From assembly GCA_965216325.1 (NCBI GenBank), contig OZ244160.1, positions 1,248,001-1,312,000 of the forward strand: DNA of 64,000 nucleotides, given 5' to 3'. This stretch comes from Coraliomargarita sp. (GTDB lineage Bacteria > Verrucomicrobiota > Verrucomicrobiia > Opitutales > Coraliomargaritaceae). Every line of letters starts with the position of its first letter. Within the stretch, counting starts at the first letter, position 1. The notes beneath the pieces are model-generated. The model was given only the letters and a program-made list of their open reading frames with translations, ran no database searches and had not been told where the DNA came from. The translations under genes were made by a program, and so were the position numbers. Below, in pieces: positions 10,259 through 21,569 of the stretch.

Positions 10259-11464
10259 ATGAAAGCGCTTATTACCACCGATGAAGCACAGGCCCGTATC
10301 GATGCCTGTCTCCCCAGCTTCCCTGCCATTCACTGCCCGATCACCAAATGCGCAGGACGCATCCTACGCGAGTCAGTTACTGCGGATCGGCCCCTGCCTC
10401 CCTTCAATCGTTCAATGATGGATGGCTATGCCATCCGTGCTGCTGAGGTCGCCCAAGTCGATGCCTTTACCATCACAGCGCAAGCCACCGCAGGCAGCGC
10501 GCCCGTTAAGCTCGGCCCGGAACTGGGCAACTGTGTGGAAATCATGACCGGTGCTGTGATTCCAACAGACGCCGATTGCGTCGTGCCTTACGAAGTCGTC
10601 ACCAAGACCGACGACGGACGCATCCAACTCAATACTCCCAGCGACCACCAAGCAGGCAACTGTATTCACCCACGTGGCAGTGATCACAGTGAAGGCGCCG
10701 AACTGCTAAGACCGGGCTGTGTTCTTGGCAGTCGAGAAATCGCCATCGCGGCGACCTGCGGACGCCATACACTGGATGTCACCAAGATACCCTCGATCAC
10801 GCTCGTCAGCACCGGCGACGAATTGGTCGACATTGACGAAATCCCTGAACCACATCAAATCCGCCGCTCCAACGACATTGCGGTAGAGACCGCCCTCGCT
10901 CGCCATCAAATCAACGCCCGTGATCGCGTCCACCTACCCGACCATCGCGAAACCTCTGAACAGGCACTCAATGAGTGCATCCAACAGAGCAATGTCATCA
11001 TCATAACCGGCGGTGTTTCCATGGGAAAAAAAGACTACATCCCGGAAGTACTGGACGACCTCGGCCTCGTGAACCACTTTCATGGTGTGAAACAAAAACC
11101 CGGCAAACCACTGGGTTTCTGGACCAATTCCCGCTGTATGGTCTTCGCCCTGCCCGGCAACCCACTGTCTGTGCTTGCCAGTTTGCACCGCTATGTCATC
11201 CCGGCACTGTTCAAAGCCATGGGGCAAACAGAGCCCCCCCTCTCAACGACCCTTAAGCTCGACAGCCAAGCCCGCGCCCACGACCAACTCACCTTCTTTC
11301 TGCCCGTCAAACGGCTCGCCAACAATATGGCCAGCCCACAGCCTGTACAAAACTCTGGCGATATGGTGCGCATCCTCGCCAGCGACGGCTTTGTTGAGCT
11401 TCCACCCACACAAGCTCGCAGCTATCCAGCCGGAACAGAGTTTGCCTTTACACCATGGTCTTAA
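10259..11464 (+). CDS. moeA: Molybdopterin molybdotransferase MoeA
   Basis: PPFNRSMMDGYA, IMTGA, STGDEL, TGGVSMGKKD, LPGNP. Confidence 0.95.
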   Translation: MKALITTDEAQARIDACLPSFPAIHCPITKCAGRILRESVTADRPLPPFNRSMMDGYAIRAAEVAQVDAFTITAQATAGSAPVKLGPELGNCVEIMTGAVIPTDADCVVPYEVVTKTDDGRIQLNTPSDHQAGNCIHPRGSDHSEGAELLRPGCVLGSREIAIAATCGRHTLDVTKIPSITLVSTGDELVDIDEIPEPHQIRRSNDIAVETALARHQINARDRVHLPDHRETSEQALNECIQQSNVIIITGGVSMGKKDYIPEVLDDLGLVNHFHGVKQKPGKPLGFWTNSRCMVFALPGNPLSVLASLHRYVIPALFKAMGQTEPPLSTTLKLDSQARAHDQLTFFLPVKRLANNMASPQPVQNSGDMVRILASDGFVELPPTQARSYPAGTEFAFTPWS

Positions 11465-11479
11465 CTAACCTTAGCACTA

Positions 11480-11953
11480 ATGGACTTTACACACATCGAT
11501 AAAGATCAACGCCCCACAATGGTCGACGTTTCCGAGAAAGGCATCACCGAACGTATCGCGATTGCCGAAAGTAGCGTCTACCTCGGCCAAGACATCATGG
11601 CTGCATTTGAACAGGCAAACTGGGGTTCGAAGAAAGGCCCGATCCTCGATACCGCGATTATTGCCGGCACCATGGCCGCCAAGAAAACCTCCGAACTGAT
11701 CCCGTTCTGTCATCCACTCAACTTAAAATCAGTCAAAATTAAGATCGAACCAGCCGACAAGGAACGCCTACGTATAGAAGCGCGCGTTAAAGTCCTCGAC
11801 CAAACCGGTGTCGAAATGGAAGCACTGACGGCCTCCTCCGTGGCAGCCTTAACCATCTACGACATGTGCAAAGCGGTCTCCAAAGAGATTGTGATCGAAC
11901 ACACGCGCCTAGTCGAAAAGACCGGCGGCAAGAGCGACTTCAAAGCATCCTGA
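11480..11953 (+). CDS. moaC: Cyclic pyranopterin monophosphate synthase MoaC
   Basis: MVDVSEK, LIPFCHPL, TGVEMEALT, IYDMCKA, KTGGKS. Confidence 0.97.
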   Translation: MDFTHIDKDQRPTMVDVSEKGITERIAIAESSVYLGQDIMAAFEQANWGSKKGPILDTAIIAGTMAAKKTSELIPFCHPLNLKSVKIKIEPADKERLRIEARVKVLDQTGVEMEALTASSVAALTIYDMCKAVSKEIVIEHTRLVEKTGGKSDFKAS

Positions 11954-12540
11954 TGGAAACACCGATGTATGGCCTGCTTCTCGTAGGAGGCAAAAGCCAG
12001 CGTATGGGCAGCGACAAGGCACTGCTTCAATACGGCGGTGAGCAGACGCAACTAGAGCGAGCGACTGAGCTATTAAATACAGTCTGCGCAAAAGTCTTTG
12101 TCTCCCAACGTCACGAACAAGCCTTCCCCACTCCTCAGGACACTGAGGCCATCTATGATTCCATTGAAGGCGTCAAAGGCCCGCTCTGTGGCATACTCTC
12201 GGCCATGCAGGCGCACCCAGAAGCACATTGGCTAGTACTGGCCTGCGATATGCCCAATCTGACTCAGTCGACACTCAAAAAACTCATCGGTGCATTTCAA
12301 AGCGCCCCCCCACAGCTAACCGCTTATTGCAGCGGTCACGACGGACTCCCCGAGCCGCTCTGCGCCATCTATCCATGCGGCAGTAATGTAGAGCTGCTAG
12401 CGCTCGCTGAAGATCTGCGAACTAGTAGTCCACGTAAATTACTGATTGCCCGAAAAGCGCGTTTGCTCACCGCCGCCGACCCACGTAGTTTGGACAACAT
12501 CAACACCGTCGAAGAATTCAAAGCACTCAAACAGAAATAA
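11953..12540 (+). CDS. mobA: Molybdenum cofactor guanylyltransferase MobA
   Basis: LVGGKSQRMGSDKA, GPLCGI, LACDMP, EPLCAIY, NINT; ATG overlaps the moaC stop. Confidence 0.93.
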   Translation: METPMYGLLLVGGKSQRMGSDKALLQYGGEQTQLERATELLNTVCAKVFVSQRHEQAFPTPQDTEAIYDSIEGVKGPLCGILSAMQAHPEAHWLVLACDMPNLTQSTLKKLIGAFQSAPPQLTAYCSGHDGLPEPLCAIYPCGSNVELLALAEDLRTSSPRKLLIARKARLLTAADPRSLDNINTVEEFKALKQK

Positions 12541-12565
12541 ACAAGCAGCTGCTTGCTCTAGATTC

Positions 12566-12805
12566 ATGACCATTAAAATTCTCTACTTCGCCCAGCTCGC
12601 CGACCTCACCGGCAAAACCGAAGAAACCCGCACACTCAGCGATCCCTCGCCCGCGCAGCTGTATGAAAGCTTGAAAGCCGAGTATCACTTGCCGCACAGC
12701 TTCACACAACTGCAGGTGGCGATCAACCATCAGCTATCGGCCCACGAAACAGAACTCAAAGACGGTGACGAAATCGCTTTTCTGCCGCCGATGACCGGTG
12801 GTTGA
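12566..12805 (+). CDS. moaD: Molybdopterin synthase sulfur carrier MoaD
   Basis: ILYFAQL ... LKDGDEIAFLPPMTGG C-terminal diglycine. Confidence 0.93.
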   Translation: MTIKILYFAQLADLTGKTEETRTLSDPSPAQLYESLKAEYHLPHSFTQLQVAINHQLSAHETELKDGDEIAFLPPMTGG

Positions 12806-12840
12806 GTGTGTCCACAATGAAGGGATGCTTCAGAGTAGAA

Positions 12841-12892
12841 CGCTCCTCCCCAGTAAAGGAAAGGTATCTAAGCTTGCTAAGATGGAGGGGTC
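12841..12892. repeat. CTCCTCCCC...GGAGGGG palindromic intergenic repeat
   Basis: Similar copies at 29892-29943 and, inverted, at 44973-45022. Confidence 0.6.
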
Positions 12893-12935
12893 GATCGCAA
12901 TAAGACTAGCCTACGCAACCGCCTCTGCATCCAAT

Positions 12936-14570
12936 TCAGCTCTGAGGGGGAATCCCCTGACCTTCTGACTCGCGCATATACAAATCCTGTGCAGGCAAGG
13001 CGAAGCGAATGCCGGCCTCCTCAAATCCGCGCGCCAGGCTGAGATTAAACCTCTGACAGTAGGCCTTATACATCCAGTAGTCGGCTGGGTGATACCAGAA
13101 AATAATCAATAGCTGAAAGCCTCCCTTGGCGACTTCGCTTAAATACACACGTGGAGGGAAGTTTTTCCGCATACCTTCGTGATCCTTCAACAAGCCTTCA
13201 GCTATCTGAACCGCTTCCTCCAGCTTGCCAGGAACTGTATCAAACGGCAGCGTGACCTTCATCAGACAGCGGATGAAGGGGCGTGAGCCTATGTTTTCGA
13301 CTTCTACACGTGAAATAATATCATTCGGAATTGAGGTTTGGTGCCCATTGAGCAGACGCAATTTAGTCGAGCGAACACCAATTTCTTCAACCACTCCATC
13401 GAAGCCATTCACAACGACGCGTTGCCCAACAATGAAGGGCTTATCGGCAAGAATCATCATACTACCAAACAGGTTCTTCAAGGTGTCCTGTGAGGCCAAT
13501 GCGATCGCCATACCACCAATCCCCAGACCAGCGACCATGGCGGAGATATTCACTCCTGCTTTGTGCAGCAAATAAAACGCTACCGCGGTATACCAAGCCA
13601 CGCGCACCACTGTAAGGAGTGGTCGTAGCAGAACCGCAGCGACTTCCCTGTCCTGCGAACGGTAACGACGCTCCATAAAGATGAATGCGAATTGGAACAA
13701 GCGGGAGACAAACCATGCCTGCGCCCACACGCGTGCAGGCCCCAATTCAACCAATTCACGCAACGCGGCATCCAGCGTCAGCGAAAGAATGAAGTAATTT
13801 TGCAGCAGAAAAGTCAGCGAGACTAACGTCGGCCCATACAAGAGTTTGCGGATCGCAGTGCTGTAGCGCTCGTCCTTAATCCGAATCAGCCGGAAGAGCA
13901 ACGACACGACTGCCCATGATACCAACAAACAACACAATGTCAGCAAGGTGCCGACAAACCAAAGCCACAGCCCCACGCCGAGAAAGCTTTTACCTCCAAA
14001 GAACTCCACGAGTTTCTGCTCCCATGGAGAGTATCCATACACCGCATAGAGCTCAGGTATCCACTCAAGCGTATCGGCAGCAAACAACCATACCTGCGTG
14101 CCATCTCCCAAGTTCACACGCCGCATGAGAATCTCAGCATACGCATCCACCACACGGACGTCCGCCAGCCATTCCAAACTCGGCGGCACACCATCATCCG
14201 ACGAACCTCCCGGCGAGTTGGACAATTCCGGCATACGTGCAAACAAATGGTCCAGGATGATTTTCAAGGCATGAGCCAGTTCCTCAGGCGAAAAACCCTC
14301 CCGCGTCTCAGCAGACATGCCATAAATATCGAGATACTGGGCTGCCACATCGAATCGCCCCGCAGCTGCGTTACGCATAAAATTATTATAGGTCGAACGT
14401 GGTGTCGTGCGGCGTAATTTATCCCGCACATCGAATGGCGAATCTTCCTCCTCCATCGAGCGCACCCTAACATCAACGCTGTCGCCAGAATCGTTTGCAT
14501 GTACGGACAGTTGAAATACTACAAGCGCAGTCAACAGATACAGCCACGGAAGCACGGGGATTCTTCTCAT
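12936..14570 (-). CDS. Mechanosensitive ion channel (MscS family) with periplasmic domain
   Basis: GLGIGGMAIALASQDTLKNLFG, KPFIVG, GVVEEIGVRSTKLR. Confidence 0.92.
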   Translation of the reverse strand: MRRIPVLPWLYLLTALVVFQLSVHANDSGDSVDVRVRSMEEEDSPFDVRDKLRRTTPRSTYNNFMRNAAAGRFDVAAQYLDIYGMSAETREGFSPEELAHALKIILDHLFARMPELSNSPGGSSDDGVPPSLEWLADVRVVDAYAEILMRRVNLGDGTQVWLFAADTLEWIPELYAVYGYSPWEQKLVEFFGGKSFLGVGLWLWFVGTLLTLCCLLVSWAVVSLLFRLIRIKDERYSTAIRKLLYGPTLVSLTFLLQNYFILSLTLDAALRELVELGPARVWAQAWFVSRLFQFAFIFMERRYRSQDREVAAVLLRPLLTVVRVAWYTAVAFYLLHKAGVNISAMVAGLGIGGMAIALASQDTLKNLFGSMMILADKPFIVGQRVVVNGFDGVVEEIGVRSTKLRLLNGHQTSIPNDIISRVEVENIGSRPFIRCLMKVTLPFDTVPGKLEEAVQIAEGLLKDHEGMRKNFPPRVYLSEVAKGGFQLLIIFWYHPADYWMYKAYCQRFNLSLARGFEEAGIRFALPAQDLYMRESEGQGIPPQS

Positions 14571-14738
14571 AGCGATACGAATAAACGCGATTTCGCGCCC
14601 AAGTCACTCATCTTTAATTCAAGAATAGCCCCCCCTAGTCTATTTTAAGAAAAATGATGTCTTCGCTGAAACTTTGTCGAATACCCAACGATGACAACTG
14701 CGAACCCTTCAATAAAATTATACTCAAATACACATACT

Positions 14739-15278
14739 ATGAAAAAGTTATCCAAAACACTCCTCGCCCTTTTCTGCACATGCCTGGTAAGCACCGCCTT
14801 TGCGGGTAACGATGCCGGCGATGACTCCGCCCGTCACTACAAGAGCCAGCCAGAACAGTTCGATGGCCAAAGCGTCGATGTCGACTGCACACACGTAAAA
14901 CGCATCAATGGCGGCCCACAAGTGCCTGGGGTCGCATTCTTTGTCGCCAATACCTTTGATGAGGATAACCAGTCCCATGGCGGTGTCATCGTCGTTGCCG
15001 TCCTCGAAGCCGACGCCAGCTCCTTCGTGAACAAATTCGGCACAGTCCCTGATCGTAAAAAGAATCGTAATAGCACCGAAGACCGTGTCGACACCACCCG
15101 CCTAAAAGGAACCTTTCACCAGTTATCCAAGGGCCATGTCTATATCGATTACTCCGGCGGTGCCCATGAACTCATTCTACAAAAGGTTGAGGATGCACAA
15201 GGAACGATCCGCGCAGGTGATGGCATTCCTAGCGCAGGTAATGGATACGCCCGTCCGAAGCATCACAAGCGCCCCTAA
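14739..15278 (+). CDS. Secreted hypothetical protein
   Basis: Signal peptide MKKLSKTLLALF...AFA; followed by a terminator. Confidence 0.75.
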   Translation: MKKLSKTLLALFCTCLVSTAFAGNDAGDDSARHYKSQPEQFDGQSVDVDCTHVKRINGGPQVPGVAFFVANTFDEDNQSHGGVIVVAVLEADASSFVNKFGTVPDRKKNRNSTEDRVDTTRLKGTFHQLSKGHVYIDYSGGAHELILQKVEDAQGTIRAGDGIPSAGNGYARPKHHKRP

Positions 15279-15300
15279 AGCCGCCTGCTGCTATCGACCA

Positions 15301-15331
15301 ACGCCCCGAGAGTTTCGACGGGCGTTTTTTT
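15301..15331 (+). terminator. Intrinsic terminator
   Basis: ACGCCC...GGGCGT stem followed by a T tract. Confidence 0.7.
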
Positions 15332-15396
15332 GTGTCCAGCGACAAAAAAGACACCTGCGAAGTGCAGGTGTCTTTGAAAAGAACGGTATCGCTGGC

Positions 15397-15999
15397 TTAC
15401 TTCGACAGGGTGCCCTTGGTGGAGGGCAAAGCATCGCCCATACGCGGATCTACACTAGTCGCCATATCCAGCGCACGGGCAAAGCCCTTGAAGATTGCTT
15501 CAGCAATGTGGTGCGGCTCTTCGCCGTACTCTAGATTGATGTGCAGGTTGCAGGCACAATCATTGGCAAAGGCTTGGAAGAACTCTTTGACCAGTACGAT
15601 ACTGAAGTCGCGCACCATCGGGAACTTGAAATCAACCTTATAAACGAAGGCCTGACGGTTGGAGAGATCTAAGGCGACACGCGCGAGAGACTCATCCATC
15701 GGCAGTAGGAAGAATCCATAGCGACGGATGCCCAGTTTCTCCCCTAAGGCTTGCTTCAAGCATTGCCCAAGCACAATACCGGTATCCTCGACCATGTGGT
15801 GATAATCGACTTCGATATCGCCAATCGCTTTGATCTTCAGATCGAAGAGACCATGTTTGGCAAAGAGCGTCAGCATGTGGTCGAAAAACGGGATGCCGGT
15901 GTCGATTTCGGACACACCAGTGCCGTCGACATTCAGCTCCATTTCGATCTGAGTCTCTTTGGTATTGCGGGTGATCTTTGCTATGCGTTGTTCAGCCAT
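15397..15999 (-). CDS. hisB: Imidazoleglycerol-phosphate dehydratase
   Basis: [41 protein letters not shown]. Confidence 0.97.
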   Translation of the reverse strand: MAEQRIAKITRNTKETQIEMELNVDGTGVSEIDTGIPFFDHMLTLFAKHGLFDLKIKAIGDIEVDYHHMVEDTGIVLGQCLKQALGEKLGIRRYGFFLLPMDESLARVALDLSNRQAFVYKVDFKFPMVRDFSIVLVKEFFQAFANDCACNLHINLEYGEEPHHIAEAIFKGFARALDMATSVDPRMGDALPSTKGTLSK

Positions 16000-17072
16000 G
16001 ATTGGACGGACGTTAAGAAGGCTTCCATTTGAGCATCGGTTCCTATGCTAACGCGGATAAAAGAGCAAGTTAAAGGATGCTTCGGGAAATAGCGTACCAG
16101 AACACGCTCAGCCTTAAGGTGTTCGAATAACGAAGCCGCGACGTCTGCCCCACTCTCACCTGCAGCATTCTTGGGTTCGGTAAACAGCAAATTCGCTGCG
16201 GATGGATAGGTGAACCAATCCAGTCCATCGAGCTGGGCACGCGTTGCCTCACGAGTCGCGATCACCTTCTGGCGTTGCTCCTCAAAATAGGCCTCGTCCT
16301 CAAAAGCCGCCTTCGCCGCAACTTGTGCGACACGATCGAGGTTGTAAGCATCACGCACGCGATCCAGGGTCGCAATGATATCGGCACTGGCTAAGGCGAA
16401 GCCAACACGCATCCCGGCCAGACCATAGGATTTGGAAAAGGTGCGCACGACAATCAGGTTCTCGTAGTCCTTCAACAGTGGGATTGCAGTTTCGCCCCCA
16501 AAATCAACATAGGCCTCATCCACCACGAGTAGCCCGTCAACTGCCTGAAGCACCGCCTCAATTTGCTCTAAGGAAAAGGAGACACCTGTCGGCGCGTTCG
16601 GATTGGTCAGAAAGAACACTTTCGCTTCAGTCGCAGCGATCGCATCGACATCGAGTTGCATCTCACGGTCGAACTCGACATCAATTAAGCCCTGCCCAGA
16701 CATACCGGCTACCACTGGATAGAGCGAGTAACTCGGCACCGTATGCCCGGCTCCGGGCTCCGAAACAAAGCAGCGGGTAATCAGGTCGAGAATATTATCC
16801 GAACCATTGCCAATAATGACGTTCGCCCCGCTCATGCCGAAGCGCTCGCCAATCGTCGAGCGTAGCTCAGCACTCACCGGCTCTGGGTAGAGCCGCAAAT
16901 TATCCACTTGCGCAGCAACAGCTTCAGCAACCTTCGGCGATGGCGGATACGGGTTCTCGTTCGTGTTTAGTTTAACCCACCCCTCTCCTTGTGGCTGATC
17001 GCCGGGCACATAGGCATGTAAGGCCTGGATGTGCGGCAAGGCTTGGGTGAGCGCATCAAATGACTTCTTCAT
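15981..17072 (-). CDS. hisC: Histidinol-phosphate aminotransferase
   Basis: [40 protein letters not shown]. Confidence 0.95.
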   Translation of the reverse strand: MKKSFDALTQALPHIQALHAYVPGDQPQGEGWVKLNTNENPYPPSPKVAEAVAAQVDNLRLYPEPVSAELRSTIGERFGMSGANVIIGNGSDNILDLITRCFVSEPGAGHTVPSYSLYPVVAGMSGQGLIDVEFDREMQLDVDAIAATEAKVFFLTNPNAPTGVSFSLEQIEAVLQAVDGLLVVDEAYVDFGGETAIPLLKDYENLIVVRTFSKSYGLAGMRVGFALASADIIATLDRVRDAYNLDRVAQVAAKAAFEDEAYFEEQRQKVIATREATRAQLDGLDWFTYPSAANLLFTEPKNAAGESGADVAASLFEHLKAERVLVRYFPKHPLTCSFIRVSIGTDAQMEAFLTSVQSWLNNA

Positions 17073-17187
17073 AAATTTATGGTAGGACGTCCGCTGGCGC
17101 TTAATGCGCGAATCTAGATTGAATTATCTGCGTTCTATCCTATGCCTTCTATAAACAATATTTACCTTCACCGATGGAAACCAAAAA

Positions 17188-18216
17188 ATGTTGAATCGAA
17201 CACTTCTTCGATACGCTGCCTGCTCAAGCCTAGTGCTCTGCTCAGTCGCAGGTGCCGACGAGCTGCGGATGAAAAACGGCTCGATACTGATTGGCCGGCT
17301 GGTCAGTGCAGAAAGCGAACTCGTAGTCTTCGATACCCCCTTCGCTGGAAAAATCACGATTTCTCAGGATAACATTGAGCGCATCACCACCGACGATCCC
17401 GTCACCCTACTGATGGATGATGGCACGGTGCATCGTGAGAAGCAGATCATTTCGACCGAAACCGCAATGCTGGTGAAAACCGAGGGTGAAGCTTCAGCGT
17501 TGTTTGCAGCCGATGATATCGAAATGGTAAATCCTGAGCCATGGAAGTTAGGCGAAGGCTATGATTGGACTGGCAAAATCAGCGTCGCTGTCGAATACGA
17601 ACGTGGCAACTCAGACTCCGACGACTGGGACATCAAGGCCAACACCTCCTGGCGAAGCTTAAAGGACCGCTATACCTGGCGAGGAGCCTTTGAATACGAA
17701 GAATCCCGCGGCCAAAAGAAAACCGACAACTGGGACACCCTCTTTAAGTATGATCGTTTCTTCCAATATGGGGGACGTGATTACTGGGGCGGTAAAGTAA
17801 TGGCCGAGCACGATGAGTTTGCTGACCTAGACTTACGGACCATGATCGGCCCACACATTGGACGTGAATTCTGGAAGAGCGACTTGCTCACACTTGAGGC
17901 CGAATTCGGCCCGGTCTGGGTCAGTGAACAATTCATCGAAGCAAACAACGATGACTGGCTCGGCCTGCTTTGGTTTATGGAAGCGAAAAGTAATGTACTC
18001 GGTTTCGGGACAACCACTTATGTGAGCCACGACGGCACCTTGAATACCAGTGACCCTCGCGACACCTTGTTGAATGCAACCATCGGCATCAGCTTCCCTC
18101 TGGTTGGAGGCTTTGAAACCTCGGTTGAAATCGAGCTCGAATACGACGGAGGTGCCGTTGAAGACGTCGACCAATTAGACGAAACTTACAACCTGCGCTT
18201 CGGCTATTCTTGGTAG
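17188..18216 (+). CDS. DUF481-like outer-membrane beta-barrel protein
   Basis: Signal peptide, RGNSD motif, alternating beta strands, C-terminal FGYSW. Confidence 0.8.
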   Translation: MLNRTLLRYAACSSLVLCSVAGADELRMKNGSILIGRLVSAESELVVFDTPFAGKITISQDNIERITTDDPVTLLMDDGTVHREKQIISTETAMLVKTEGEASALFAADDIEMVNPEPWKLGEGYDWTGKISVAVEYERGNSDSDDWDIKANTSWRSLKDRYTWRGAFEYEESRGQKKTDNWDTLFKYDRFFQYGGRDYWGGKVMAEHDEFADLDLRTMIGPHIGREFWKSDLLTLEAEFGPVWVSEQFIEANNDDWLGLLWFMEAKSNVLGFGTTTYVSHDGTLNTSDPRDTLLNATIGISFPLVGGFETSVEIELEYDGGAVEDVDQLDETYNLRFGYSW

Positions 18217-18266
18217 TTTGTAGAATAGGCGTCCCGCCTGTTTCTTTTTAGGTCAGTATGTAAATT

Positions 18267-18371
18267 GTAGGGGCTCTGCTTGCGGAGCCCGCTTCAGTCG
18301 ATTGGCTTGCACGCTACGGCTTCGCCATTCGGCCTGAGCTCATAGTCGAAGGCAAGCAAAGCCCCTGCTAC
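18267..18371. repeat. GTAG-type REP doublet with nested TTCG...TGAGC...GTCGAA insert
   Basis: GTAG...CTAC termini with internal hairpins. Confidence 0.6.
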
Positions 18372-18434
18372 GACATGAGTGCGCACCGAGACGGTGCAGC
18401 GCTAACTCAAGGAACCAAATTAAACACCGTCGAG

Positions 18435-19964
18435 TTACACCAACGCTGGCTCGGCAATGCCCAGAAGTGCGTCAGCCTTACCACGAAGTTCGCGGTAAAG
18501 GGCCTCATCTGCAGCCAGACTCTTGCCATAGGCAGGCACCATCTTTGCCAATTCAGTTTGCCATGCTTCGGTCGCCATCTCATCGGAGAAGCACTTTTCA
18601 AGCACTTCAAGAATGATGGATGTCGCAGTCGACGCACCGGGTGACGCACCCAAAATGGCAGCGAGGGAACCATCGCCCGAGGCAACCACCTCGGTGCCGA
18701 ACTGAAGCTTACCTGTGTTATCTGCACACTTTTTGATGATCTGCACACGCTGACCTGCAGTCACGAGCTTCCAGTCTCCATTCTTCGCATCCGGGAAGAA
18801 CTCCTTCAGACTCTCGCAACGATCCTTATGACTCTTGCGGCACTCGTTGATGAGATATTGGGTGAGCGACATGTTATCACGGCCCACTGCGAGCATCGGC
18901 AACAAGTTGTCCAGCTTTACGGACTTAAGCAAATCGAGGTAAGAGCCCTCCTTTAGGAACTTAGGCGAGAAGCCGGCATACGGCCCAAACAGCAGCGCCT
19001 GCTTGCCGTCGATCATACGTGTATCCAAGTGAGGAACCGACATCGGAGGCGCACCCACGGCTGCCTTACCGTAAACCTTAGCTGCATGGCGGTCGATGAC
19101 TTCGTGATCCGTGCAAACCAGGAACTGGCCACTCACTGGGAAGCCACCAAAGCCTTTGCCCTCTTCAATACCGGACTTCTGCAAGAGGTGAAGGGAGCCA
19201 CCACCCGCGCCGATGAATGCGAACTTCGCGCGCAGCTTCACTTCGCCCTCATCTTTGCTGTTCAGGATTAAGCGCCACTTGCCGTCCGTCTTGCGATCGA
19301 TCTCAGTGACCTTGGTCTGCATCGCGAGCTCCACACCATCCATGCTGATCAGGTGATCAATCAACTGCTGGGTAAGCGCACCGAAATTCAAATCCGTGCC
19401 AGACTCCACACGAGTCACCGCGATCGGCTCATCTTCAGAGCGACCGTCACACAGCAACGGTGTCCATTCCTTGATGGTCGCATAATCCTCAGAGTATTCC
19501 ATCTCGTCGAAGAGGTGGCTGCGCTTCATCGCCTCGTGGCGCTTACGCAAAAACTCACAATCCTTCTCACCACGCACAAAGCTCATGTGTGGCACACGCT
19601 TGATGAAGGCCGACGGATCTGTGATCATGCCCTCCTCGATTAGCTGTGCCCAGAAATGCTTCGAGTTCTCAAACTGCTCATTGATCTGAATCGCCTTAGC
19701 GACCTCAACCGAGCCGTCCTTCGCCTGAGGCGTGTAGTTCAGCTCACAGAGCGCTGCGTGTCCTGTGCCCGCATTGTTCCAAGCGTGCGAACTCTCGAGT
19801 GCAACACGCGGTAACGCCTCAACGATCTGAATGGTGATCGAAGGGTCGAGACGCTTCAGCATAATGCCAAGCGTGGCACTCATGATGCCACCGCCGATCA
19901 AGACGACGTCTGGATTAGATAGAATCGGGCCCGTGGACGGGCGAGCAGTGCGCTGCTGGCTCAT
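18435..19964 (-). CDS. mqo: Malate:quinone oxidoreductase
   Basis: LIGGGIMSATLG, WNNAGTGHAALCELNYT, PPMSVPHLDTR, AGQRVQIIK, GASPGAST. Confidence 0.97.
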   Translation of the reverse strand: MSQQRTARPSTGPILSNPDVVLIGGGIMSATLGIMLKRLDPSITIQIVEALPRVALESSHAWNNAGTGHAALCELNYTPQAKDGSVEVAKAIQINEQFENSKHFWAQLIEEGMITDPSAFIKRVPHMSFVRGEKDCEFLRKRHEAMKRSHLFDEMEYSEDYATIKEWTPLLCDGRSEDEPIAVTRVESGTDLNFGALTQQLIDHLISMDGVELAMQTKVTEIDRKTDGKWRLILNSKDEGEVKLRAKFAFIGAGGGSLHLLQKSGIEEGKGFGGFPVSGQFLVCTDHEVIDRHAAKVYGKAAVGAPPMSVPHLDTRMIDGKQALLFGPYAGFSPKFLKEGSYLDLLKSVKLDNLLPMLAVGRDNMSLTQYLINECRKSHKDRCESLKEFFPDAKNGDWKLVTAGQRVQIIKKCADNTGKLQFGTEVVASGDGSLAAILGASPGASTATSIILEVLEKCFSDEMATEAWQTELAKMVPAYGKSLAADEALYRELRGKADALLGIAEPALV

Positions 19965-20181
19965 TAGACTTGGTAGGTTGGGTGCTCACGCACCGGGATT
20001 GGCTAGGTTGATGGATTGGTAGTCGTTTTGGCCAAGACCAAAACAAATTCAGATAGGCTCTGAATTATGAAACGCGCCAAACTGCATAAGCCCAACTGAT
20101 GATCAAGCCTAAGCGAACTTTCATAAGAACCACTTAAGCAGGAAATTAGAATAATTCACGACTCAAGTGGTCAAACTCAGC

Positions 20182-21477
20182 CTACAAACGGATCGTCAGC
20201 GAGCGTCCGTGTGCATCCAATTGCTCCAGACGAGCAATGGTCTCCACCACAGGTGCGGCCTTGGCGAGACTCTTGGCATCGTAGCGCACGACGCTGGAGC
20301 GACGCATGAAGTCGATCGCCTGCAAGCCGCTGAAGAAACGTCCCGCACGGCCCGTCGGCAAGGTGTGGCTAGGCCCGGAGGTAAAATCGCCCAACACAGT
20401 CGGCGTCATGTAGCCCTGCAAAATAGCACCTGCGGTCGTAATTTGCTTGGTCAACGACTCGATGGACGAGTCAGCAACTTGCAGCTCCAAGTGCTCAGGT
20501 GCGATGTAGTTCGCCACTGCTGCGCACTGTGCAAGCGTTTTGCACTGCACTACGAGGAAGCGGCCCTTCATCACCTTGGCAATCTTCTCAGCGTGATTGC
20601 GCTCCGGAATCTGCTTCGCAATCGATTTTTCGACGCGAGTGATCAGCGCCTTGCTCGTCGCAGCGAAATAAATGATCTCTTTCCCACTGCCGTGCTCGGC
20701 CTGCGCGATCAAGTCCGCAGCAACGTGCTCTGCAGTTGCGCCCGCATCCGCAATTACCATAACCTCACTCGGGCCAGGCAATAGATCGATACCAACCGTG
20801 CCCAAGACTTGACGCTTCGCCTCCATCACAAAGGCATTGCCCGGGCCAAAAATCTTATCCACCGCCGGAATGGTCTTCGTGCCATAGGCCATCGCACCCA
20901 CTGCTTGCACTCCACCCACCTTGTAGACTTCTTCAATACCCACCATCGACAACGCGGCCAGCATCCCTGGCGCAATCGATCCATCTGCAGCCGGAGGGGT
21001 GCAGACTGCGATTTCAGGGTTACCGACCAACTTCGCCAGCACCGCAGTCATGATGACGGTCGACACCAAGGGAACATTACCGCCTGGGATGTAAAGACCG
21101 ACCCGCTTAATCGGATAAAAACGTTCGCCGATGGTGCCACCTTGCGCGTTTTTTGCCTTCCATGCCTTAGGCAGCGTTTTCTTGTGGAACTCCTTTACCA
21201 TCGCGATCGACTCGCGAATGGCCTTTCGATCGGCGACGGACAAGGTTTTGACCGCAGCCTTCATCTCTTCGGGGTCCACGCGCATTGCTTTCGCGCTCAA
21301 TTTCGCACCATCAAACTTCTCGGTATACTGCAGCACCGCTTTGTCGCCATGCGCATGCACCTCAGCCAAGACCTCAGAGACGACTTTGGAAACGTCGCCC
21401 ATTGCATTAGCGGTCGCGCAGAACTTACGCAGCGCATTAGTAAACTTAGGTGTGTCGGTATACTCGAGTAATTTCAT
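20182..21477 (-). CDS. hisD: Histidinol dehydrogenase
   Basis: GLYIPGG, GGVQAVGAMAYG, GPGNAFV, GPSEV, QAEH, APEHL, GPSHTLPT. Confidence 0.96.
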   Translation of the reverse strand: MKLLEYTDTPKFTNALRKFCATANAMGDVSKVVSEVLAEVHAHGDKAVLQYTEKFDGAKLSAKAMRVDPEEMKAAVKTLSVADRKAIRESIAMVKEFHKKTLPKAWKAKNAQGGTIGERFYPIKRVGLYIPGGNVPLVSTVIMTAVLAKLVGNPEIAVCTPPAADGSIAPGMLAALSMVGIEEVYKVGGVQAVGAMAYGTKTIPAVDKIFGPGNAFVMEAKRQVLGTVGIDLLPGPSEVMVIADAGATAEHVAADLIAQAEHGSGKEIIYFAATSKALITRVEKSIAKQIPERNHAEKIAKVMKGRFLVVQCKTLAQCAAVANYIAPEHLELQVADSSIESLTKQITTAGAILQGYMTPTVLGDFTSGPSHTLPTGRAGRFFSGLQAIDFMRRSSVVRYDAKSLAKAAPVVETIARLEQLDAHGRSLTIRL

Positions 21478-21569
21478 AGTCAAAGGAGCAAGAGAACAAG
21501 GAAGCACCTACTCTGCAAGTCAGGTTCTAGCCAATATCTAAAACATTTCCGGACGTAACAGAAGCAGCC

